Shown: in pieces, positions 57,684 to 64,000 of the stretch | Numbering within the stretch: position 1 is the first letter of the stretch | Layout of the letters: each line of letters opens with the position of its first letter | IMG/VR virus record: IMGVR_UViG_3300017605_000635 | Coordinates: 5,750 to 69,749 of that record | Source of the DNA: a virus | DNA length: 64,000 nt | Strand: one strand, 5' to 3' | Notes under the pieces: model-generated | The model's database searches: none | Told to the model about the DNA's origin: nothing | Seen by the model: only the letters and a program-made list of their open reading frames with translations | Program-made: the position numbers and the translations under genes

Positions 57684-58099
57684 CTGAATATCTCCACTTG
57701 ATGTGTCATCGCAATCGTCTCGACGACTCCGTTGAAATCGAACCCTCGACTGACCCAGAGGAACGGATACTTGTCCCACTCCTTGATCCCCATCGGTGGA
57801 ATGATCCGGGTCGACGTTCTGTCCGGGTCTCGGGCATCAAAGATGATGTAGTAGGCTCGATGGCACTGGGCGGAGAGCCGCTTCATCGTGAGTTCTTGAA
57901 TCCCCGGGGATTCAAAATCTGGGTCGGCGTATTTGAACTCCCAAATGCTCGTGACGTTGTTCCCGGTGACCCAGAGGTCAGGGATACCGCTTTTGAACCG
58001 GTCTTGGAATGGGAGCCAGACCCACGAGGGTTGCGCCTGGCGTCCGAGTTCGATGACCTTGGCCTTGAGCTTGTTCTCGTTCCAGCGTGTGCGTCTCAT
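57680..58099 (-). CDS. PD-(D/E)xK nuclease, Holliday-resolvase/VRR-NUC-like
   Basis: GIPDL...WEFK...Q. Confidence 0.7.
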   Translation of the reverse strand: MRRTRWNENKLKAKVIELGRQAQPSWVWLPFQDRFKSGIPDLWVTGNNVTSIWEFKYADPDFESPGIQELTMKRLSAQCHRAYYIIFDARDPDRTSTRIIPPMGIKEWDKYPFLWVSRGFDFNGVVETIAMTHQVEIFR

Positions 58100-58286
58100 T
58101 CATTCCTCCGGTCAATCGTTCTTTGAGTCACGCGTGCCCACGGTCTCGGAATCGAGGAGTATGCCGACCAGAGGTTCAGTCGACCATCGTCATTCCAATA
58201 GACCATTGGCTTATGATCCTCGGAGAGACAGACACCGCACCCGTCTCCGGGTTCGAGAGCGATATGGGGATGACGACGGCAGGGGA

Positions 58287-58493
58287 TCATTCCCAAATCT
58301 CCTTATCTGGATATGGGTGTTTGACGTTACGTTTCTCCAGCTGTTTACGACGGTGTTCAAGGCAAAGAACAGACACTTTAACTTTACCTGATGCCGTTCG
58401 GTAAAAGTAAACGGAGTTATTACATAGTTCACACAACCCGTTTTCCTTTTGTCGTAATTGCCACCGTCGTTGCCGGGAAAGGACGTTCGTCAT
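58287..58493 (-). CDS. Small Zn-binding protein
   Basis: GLCELC...LCLEH. Confidence 0.55.
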   Translation of the reverse strand: MTNVLSRQRRWQLRQKENGLCELCNNSVYFYRTASGKVKVSVLCLEHRRKQLEKRNVKHPYPDKEIWE

Positions 58494-60484
58494 GCCGCCT
58501 CCGCCCAATTGTCCGCCTCGTTGACGTCCCACCGAATCGGAATCTTCAACTCTGGGAAGCTCTGCGCGTCGAGGACTTCCTGAACCTTCCGGAGCGTATC
58601 GGGCTCCCGCGCATCACCATCGACCTCGTCATGCAGGGTGACGCGCATCAGGAGTTGCGTCCACTCCCGAGCCTCATGGAGTTCCACGAGCTTTTGCTTA
58701 TTGTAGTCAGCGGCTCCGCCCTGAATCACGCCGTTCAGCGCCTTGTGAATCCGCTGGCCATCCGGGAACCGCATCCGACGACCGAGGAGGGTGACGACGT
58801 AGCCTCGATGCTCGTACAACGAATGGAGCTTGTCCCAGGTCTTGCAATACTTCCCGCACTCGATTCGAGCGAGATGGGAGGCTTTCTTGATTAGTCCATC
58901 GACCTCAGGAAGCACCTGATTGTAGATGCGCTCTATCTCCTTGGCCTGCGAGAGTTGCGGGTTGTCGTAGTCCTTGTTGTCGCGGAAGGCCTGCGCCTCC
59001 GCATCCGTGATGTGCCCCATCATGAGCGCAAGCTTGATGACCTTGGCGCCGTAGATTTTGGCAAAGTTCGTATCTTTGGCGTCCTTGTACGTGAGGTCAG
59101 GCTTGAATGGCTTGAGCCGCTCCGCCATGTACTCGTGGAAGCTCAGGTCTGGGTTGTCCTTGTACGCTTGGATGACGGTCGGATTGTTCGCATACGAGGC
59201 GAACAGCCGGTATTCAATTTGCTTCGCATCGGCTGAGAGCCATTTCCCAGAACCGGGGATCATGAGCCGACGAATCAGATAGATATCATCGTCGTGGCTC
59301 GAATCCTTCTCATCAAACCCAAACGTTGTTCGTTGTTTCGAGACCTTCGGAATCTGCTGAATGTTGACCCCCACGCGTCCTCGGTCGTCCTTACAGATTT
59401 CGGTCGAGGAGAATCGACCCGAGACCGTGCCCGCCTCTCCGCTGTAGTCGGCATTCTCGTCCTTCTTCGCTCGCAGCTGATGGAGAGCGTAACGGAGGAT
59501 ACCATCTGGGCTGAGGACGTTGTAAATCTTGTCGAGGAGGCTCCGAATGTCGTCAAGCTTCACGGCTCGCAGGATGGTCTTCCCGATAGGATGCGGACAG
59601 GCCTTGAGAATTTTCCCGGTGAATGTCGGGCTCCCGGTCGGAAGATACGTCACCGGCAATCCGAGCTTCACCCAAAGCTTCTTCAGGTCTCTCGGAGAGT
59701 TCGGGTTCACCATGATGCCCGTCTCTCGATAGAGATCAAACAAGGTCTTCTCGTATTCCCGCTTGGACTGCGCACGCCATTGTTCGAGGAGCGGCACGTT
59801 GATGGGCACGCCGTTGCGCTCCATCTCGCAGACCGGGTAGATGACGCGGTCTTCCAGAGCCTTGACGCGGGTCAACCCTTCCGCCTCGATCATCGGCCGG
59901 AACTTCTCCTTGAGGAGCCCCACCAGGTGCACGTCTTGGCAGGCGTAGGCGGCAACCTCTCCGGCGTGGTAGTCGGCCATGCGAGTTTTGTCGAGCCCGG
60001 TATGCTTTTGCTCTCCGAGGTAGTCTTCAGCAATCGAGTTGAGCGACATCGACTGGCGGTGGTCGTCGAGGAGTGCGGCGTCATGGGCCACGTCCGAGAC
60101 CGTACAGCCCTGCGCTTCGAGGTCGATTCCCCACGCTCGAAGCATGTGGATGTCGAACCGGGTGTTGAGGTTCGTGATCCGCTTCCCTCGAAGCTCCCGG
60201 CGTGCCCATTCTCGCACCACCGCTTCATCGAGGTTGCCACCGCCCTTGTGGCCCCAGGGGAGGTATTGGGTTCGACCCGAGGGCAGGCGGAGGGCAATCC
60301 CGATGGGACGGTCAGCCTCCCACCAGCGGAGCCCGGTCGTCTCCGTGTCGAGTTCGACCTCCGTGACCCGGGAGTCGAGGACGGGCGGAGCCTCCGGGCG
60401 CCACACGATGTCGCCTCGGTCCTCCCGGCGCAAGTCGTCGAGCATCGGACCCACCGGTGCGTTCGCTCTCGGTCGAGGACTCAT
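58490..60484 (-). CDS. polA: Family A DNA polymerase with 3'-5' exonuclease
   Basis: DTETTGL, YACQD, SGRFSS, DAKQIEYR (motif A), AKDTNFAKIYG (B), HDE (C). Confidence 0.95.
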   Translation of the reverse strand: MSPRPRANAPVGPMLDDLRREDRGDIVWRPEAPPVLDSRVTEVELDTETTGLRWWEADRPIGIALRLPSGRTQYLPWGHKGGGNLDEAVVREWARRELRGKRITNLNTRFDIHMLRAWGIDLEAQGCTVSDVAHDAALLDDHRQSMSLNSIAEDYLGEQKHTGLDKTRMADYHAGEVAAYACQDVHLVGLLKEKFRPMIEAEGLTRVKALEDRVIYPVCEMERNGVPINVPLLEQWRAQSKREYEKTLFDLYRETGIMVNPNSPRDLKKLWVKLGLPVTYLPTGSPTFTGKILKACPHPIGKTILRAVKLDDIRSLLDKIYNVLSPDGILRYALHQLRAKKDENADYSGEAGTVSGRFSSTEICKDDRGRVGVNIQQIPKVSKQRTTFGFDEKDSSHDDDIYLIRRLMIPGSGKWLSADAKQIEYRLFASYANNPTVIQAYKDNPDLSFHEYMAERLKPFKPDLTYKDAKDTNFAKIYGAKVIKLALMMGHITDAEAQAFRDNKDYDNPQLSQAKEIERIYNQVLPEVDGLIKKASHLARIECGKYCKTWDKLHSLYEHRGYVVTLLGRRMRFPDGQRIHKALNGVIQGGAADYNKQKLVELHEAREWTQLLMRVTLHDEVDGDAREPDTLRKVQEVLDAQSFPELKIPIRWDVNEADNWAEAA

Positions 60485-60705
60485 CGGTACATCCTCCGGG
60501 CCACATCTCCGACTTGCAGGGGAGAGGCGGTGCCGCCTGCGAGGCGGTGTCGTGCCGCTCCCTCCCGAAAGTTCAAGTCCCAGGACCCATCCCCCACGTC
60601 GACCGTCTCTCCGCAGACCCGGCAGACGTATTGACCCTGGGCATCCTTTCGGACGAGGACACCTCGGCAGATGGCGTGGAGGAGGGGTGCCGGTTTACGT
60701 TTCAC
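60481..60705 (-). CDS. Small Zn-ribbon protein
   Basis: HAICRG...CRVCG. Confidence 0.5.
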   Translation of the reverse strand: MKRKPAPLLHAICRGVLVRKDAQGQYVCRVCGETVDVGDGSWDLNFREGAARHRLAGGTASPLQVGDVARRMYR

Positions 60706-61147
60706 GTGGGCACCGCTCTCCTGCCTCGTGGATGATCGGGTTCATCAGTCGACCCTCGATGAGACTGCACCGGTAGCACGCGATTCGGTGCAATACGTTT
60801 TCGAGGGCTCGCAACTCCGGGTCAACCGGAGGAAGCTCGAACGTCAGCCGGAGGTTTGGGAACTGGGGGCAGTGCTTCTCGTGCTGGACGAGCCCTTGCG
60901 CCCGTTCGATATTGCAGCATGGTGGAGGAGCCGGCAAGAGTTCATCCGGAGGTTCGAGCGGCCCACACCACACGACTCCCGGCGTGGAGTCGTAGTCGGA
61001 GAGGTCGGCATCGGAATCCGTGCCGGTGAAGAGGACGGCGGTATAGTCCTCGATGTCGAACCGAGGGTCACCCTGCACCGCCTTGAGTTCGACGATGCGT
61101 GGCCCTTCTCCGTCTTGGAGGTCCACCCAGTAGTAGCCGGGAGTCAT
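60695..61147 (-). CDS. Hypothetical protein (PGYYW...WCGPLEPP)
   Basis: ATGA overlap; motif common in phage early proteins. Confidence 0.6.
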   Translation of the reverse strand: MTPGYYWVDLQDGEGPRIVELKAVQGDPRFDIEDYTAVLFTGTDSDADLSDYDSTPGVVWCGPLEPPDELLPAPPPCCNIERAQGLVQHEKHCPQFPNLRLTFELPPVDPELRALENVLHRIACYRCSLIEGRLMNPIIHEAGERCPRET

Positions 61148-61359
61148 ACGCAAACGGTCTTCGTGACCGCTCCGTTGGCGTGGAACCGCTGGACGCCGAT
61201 AGCCTGTTCCCAGGTTCCATTCGTATGGATGGTGCCGTAGCGGAGGATGAAGGAACCATCCGGCTGATGCGAGAGGTCGACCCAGTGACCGGTAGCAAGG
61301 AGGTTCTTGGCGACCTGGGCCGCGTGTTCGAACGTCGTGTACGGAGTTTGGTTGGCCAT
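61144..61359 (-). CDS. Hypothetical protein, probably leaderless
   Basis: ATG 7 nt after a -10 box. Confidence 0.6.
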   Translation of the reverse strand: MANQTPYTTFEHAAQVAKNLLATGHWVDLSHQPDGSFILRYGTIHTNGTWEQAIGVQRFHANGAVTKTVCV

Positions 61360-61366
61360 GCCCCGG

Positions 61367-61395
61367 AGGATAGCCGAAATTTAATCCGGAGTCTA
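61367..61395 (-). promoter_or_regulatory. Sigma70-like promoter TAGACT-N17-TATCCT
   Basis: 17-bp spacer; AT-rich upstream tract. Confidence 0.65.
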
Positions 61396-61425
61396 CAAAA
61401 ATTTTAAGCCACCCGGGGTGGCCGT

Positions 61426-61641
61426 CTAGAGCCCGAGAAGCGGCCGGAGGGGGGAGGTCCAGGTCCCAGGCAACGACGTCACCGGAGCGTCAATCTCGCC
61501 ACTCTCCGCAGCATCTCCGGTTCCGCACGCGATCAACTCTCCGTCGAGGTCGACCACGAGGAGGAGCCGCGCCACGGTCTCTCCATCGAGCACCACGGAG
61601 TAGTAGCCGGGAAGGGTCGGAGCCGAAGTTGATTTCGTCAT
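61426..61641 (-). CDS. Hypothetical protein (PGYY...WTSPL), probably leaderless
   Basis: ATG 6 nt after a -10 box. Confidence 0.6.
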   Translation of the reverse strand: MTKSTSAPTLPGYYSVVLDGETVARLLLVVDLDGELIACGTGDAAESGEIDAPVTSLPGTWTSPLRPLLGL

Positions 61642-61647
61642 AGGAAG

Positions 61648-61676
61648 ATGATACGATGAATTGCCGATCGGATCAA
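61648..61676 (-). promoter_or_regulatory. Sigma70-like promoter TTGATC-N17-TATCAT
   Basis: Near consensus, intergenic. Confidence 0.7.
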
Positions 61677-61712
61677 TAAAAATCGACCCATCGACCAAAA
61701 TATTTGGAGATG

Positions 61713-61749
61713 AAAAAACACCCCCGAGACCGTGAAATCTCGGGGGTGT
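61713..61749 (-). terminator. Rho-independent terminator
   Basis: 12-bp stem acacccccgaga/tctcgggggtgt followed by a T-run on the minus strand. Confidence 0.85.
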
Positions 61750-61778
61750 CCTCGAACCCTCGACGGAGGGTGGGAGCG

Positions 61779-62324
61779 TTACTCGACGGGCTGTGCCGTT
61801 TCGGCGGGAGCCTCCGGGGTGATCCCGGCCTTGGCGAGGAGCTTCGCAGCGGAGGCTTCCTGTTTCGCGATGCGCGCCTGCGCCTTGGCCAGACGGTCCT
61901 TGGACTTCTGGAGCTTCTCCTGCGCCTTGGCAATCGCCTCGGGGGAAGCGGAGCGGCCACCGCCGACCTTGGCGGAGCCGGGTGCCGCGAGCACGCCGTC
62001 AGCGAACGTGATGTCGACGGAATCCGGAGGCGTCACGCCCTCGGCAAACAGCGACTTCGGGAAGCGAACGTTGGCGATGTACCCTTCGGCGGAGTAGAGG
62101 GTGTTGCCGCCCTTGTTGGTGCGGTTCTTCTTGAACGTGATCGTGGCCATGGTCGTCTGTCCTTCTGCCGTCTGGGACGGCGTAGCGGGAGTTGAGGTCG
62201 GCTCCGAGCTTACCGGAGCGGAGGTCGAGGAGGCAACGGGATTCTGCGCGGGTCTCGGGTCGCTGATGCTACGGACGTTCGAACGACGGGTGGCGGGAGC
62301 GGAGGTCGGAGTTTTCTTTGCCAT
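61779..62324 (-). CDS. Low-complexity Ala/Lys/Ser/Thr-rich protein, monocistronic
   Basis: Own promoter, SD and terminator. Confidence 0.7.
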   Translation of the reverse strand: MAKKTPTSAPATRRSNVRSISDPRPAQNPVASSTSAPVSSEPTSTPATPSQTAEGQTTMATITFKKNRTNKGGNTLYSAEGYIANVRFPKSLFAEGVTPPDSVDITFADGVLAAPGSAKVGGGRSASPEAIAKAQEKLQKSKDRLAKAQARIAKQEASAAKLLAKAGITPEAPAETAQPVE

Positions 62325-62364
62325 TTTCGGTCTCCCTTTCTGGGATTAAAACGCGGTCACGAGA

Positions 62365-62393
62365 ACCATAGTTGAACGATTCGACGAAGTCAA
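62365..62393 (-). promoter_or_regulatory. Sigma70-like promoter TTGACT-N17-TATGGT
   Basis: Near consensus; AT-rich upstream tract. Confidence 0.7.
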
Positions 62394-62402
62394 GCACGAA
62401 TT

Positions 62403-62780
62403 TCAAAAATTGTTTTCGTCCTTCACGACCGGGGGAAACGGCGGGAGGTCGACCACGAAGACACCGTGATCCGGCTGGCTCCCGGGCTCCTCGGGCTGTC
62501 CGACTGGGGTGGGCTGGCCCTCGGGCTGGCCCTCGACGACCGATGCCACCTTGAGCTGGAGGTCCAGCGCGTTGGCCGCGTCGAGGAGGACTCGCGCAAG
62601 CTCCCGGGCGGCATCCCTGCACTCGGCACCGTAGCCGGGAAGGTACACCGTCACGTCATCCCCGAGGTCGAGGGTGACGAACGTGGACTGCCCTGGCCCT
62701 TCTCCGAGGATGCGAGCCTTGGGCTTGAACTCCTCGACGTTGCGGGAGGGGAGTGAAATCGTGGTTCGCGTATACATCAT
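62403..62780 (-). CDS. Hypothetical protein
   Basis: SD AAGGA. Confidence 0.6.
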   Translation of the reverse strand: MMYTRTTISLPSRNVEEFKPKARILGEGPGQSTFVTLDLGDDVTVYLPGYGAECRDAARELARVLLDAANALDLQLKVASVVEGQPEGQPTPVGQPEEPGSQPDHGVFVVDLPPFPPVVKDENNF

Positions 62781-62793
62781 CTCCGTCCTTTTA

Positions 62794-62946
62794 CTACTGC
62801 GCCGAGTGCAGGGCATCGAGCACGTGGGAGAGCGGCGCGAACTCTCCGTGTGCGACTGCGAAGACGAACCCGACGATGAAGAGAACGAGAGCGATGAGGA
62901 GCCGCTGTTCGTAGGCTCCGATTTCGGCGTTGACGAGGAACTTCAT
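62794..62946 (-). CDS. Small membrane protein, 50 aa
   Basis: LLIALVLFIVGFVFAV; SD AAGGAG. Confidence 0.5.
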   Translation of the reverse strand: MKFLVNAEIGAYEQRLLIALVLFIVGFVFAVAHGEFAPLSHVLDALHSAQ

Positions 62947-63154
62947 CACTTTTCTCCTTTCGAACGTTCGACGTAAGAATCACCGTGATAGGTGCCGTTG
63001 AAGACCATCTCTTGATGTTGATGACAGAAGAGACGCCAGTGCGGGTTCCCTCGATAGCCTTCATCACGAGCACGACCGCACTGGGCGAGACTTCCGTCAC
63101 GGAGACGGATACGTGCTTGGCATCGTCTCGAAGGATGTGCGTCTCGGAAGGCCA

Positions 63155-63421
63155 TCACGACCTCCGGTATCCCGGGCAGAAGACGCACCGGCAAACCTCT
63201 GCGCGGCCGTGCCCGGTCTCGAAAAACTCCGACCCACGATACACGGCGTCAAGATGCACGCCGTCAGCTTGCCAGTTCGGAAGACGAACGGTGTACCGCC
63301 AGAGGCTGGGGTCCATCTCGTCTCCGAGGATGGTCTTGGTCTCGACCGTGATGATGCGCCCGAGAGCGGTGCGCGCCATGTCGGTGAGGAGAACGGATTG
63401 ACCCACGCGAAACTTCTTCAT
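63155..63421 (-). CDS. Hypothetical protein (SH3/KOW-like, KFRVGQSV)
   Basis: SD AAGGAGG. Confidence 0.55.
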   Translation of the reverse strand: MKKFRVGQSVLLTDMARTALGRIITVETKTILGDEMDPSLWRYTVRLPNWQADGVHLDAVYRGSEFFETGHGRAEVCRCVFCPGYRRS

Positions 63422-63430
63422 GATGCCTCC

Positions 63431-64000
63431 TTAGTAGGCAGCTGCGGTCGGCTTGAAGCCTTCCTTGTCCTTGGCGTCGACCGGGAGGAGCGGCATCCGC
63501 TTCCAGGTCGTGACCCGTTCGGTCTGCCAGGCGATATACCGCTTGAGGGAGTCGACCTCGTGCTGGAGCCAGTCAGCGTATTCCCGGTTGCGACGGGCGC
63601 AGACGGTTTCGAGCGTGTCGTTGTAGTCCGCAGAGACCTCGGTGCGCTCGACCGGCTGGACCTCGTATCCTCGAAGTTCGTTGCGGCCCCAGCGGGTGTC
63701 TCCGGTTCTCCAGAACTTCCCATAGCTGCGGCCGCTGCCGTCGGAGAACGGGATGCGCTCCTCGGTGATCTCGACCTCGCGCCACTCCCGCGTGTAGCAC
63801 CCGTAGTGCCGAGGGTCTGCGAGGCGGATGTGGACGTAGGCTTTGCCCTCGGTTGGCGCCTCCCGGAGCTTGCTCTGGAATGCCTTGACGTCGAAGAGAC
63901 TGTCGCGTGCAGACTCGATGAACGACTTGACGAGGTCGCAGGACTCCTCGAACGGAAGCTCTCCGGAGCCGACGCACACGCCGGAGAAGAACCCGTAGGC
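63431..64000 (-). CDS. Hypothetical protein, 5' truncated by window end
   Basis: Frame stays open to the window edge. Confidence 0.55.
   Translation of the reverse strand, partial: AYGFFSGVCVGSGELPFEESCDLVKSFIESARDSLFDVKAFQSKLREAPTEGKAYVHIRLADPRHYGCYTREWREVEITEERIPFSDGSGRSYGKFWRTGDTRWGRNELRGYEVQPVERTEVSADYNDTLETVCARRNREYADWLQHEVDSLKRYIAWQTERVTTWKRMPLLPVDAKDKEGFKPTAAAY

Noticed and set aside
1-64000. Integrase, repressor switch, tRNA genes, recoded stop codons
   Set aside because: None recognised; genes read cleanly in the standard code and all three stop codons are used

Overview
This window covers most of a GC-rich, siphovirus-like dsDNA phage genome (tail tube plus tape measure, no sheath gene seen) with two convergent arms. 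The + strand (1-35.5 kb) is the virion and lysis arm: terminase, portal, a block of exported and lectin/fibre-like genes, prohead protease-scaffold, encapsulin-like major capsid, head-tail connectors, tail tube, tail chaperones with a -1 frameshift, tape measure, distal tail genes and a lysis region. A five-enzyme amino-sugar and glycosyltransferase cassette (DegT aminotransferase, hexapeptide acyltransferase, three glycosyltransferases) sits inside the head-tail connector genes, suggesting virion glycosylation with a phage-made sugar. The - strand (35.6-64 kb) holds early, replication and DNA-modification genes: family A polymerase, SF1 and SNF2 helicases, DEDDh exonuclease, a TopoVI-A/Spo11-like protein, and a thymidine-hypermodification cluster of the Pseudomonas phage M6 type. 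Also seen: a candidate +1 frameshift (CCC-TGA) joining a 99-aa protein to a glycoside-hydrolase-like domain, six sigma70-like promoters (three apparently leaderless), a recurring leader motif, structured intergenic elements and an exact 84-bp tandem duplication. I recognised no integrase, tRNA or CRISPR array. All family calls come from motifs read by eye, not database searches.
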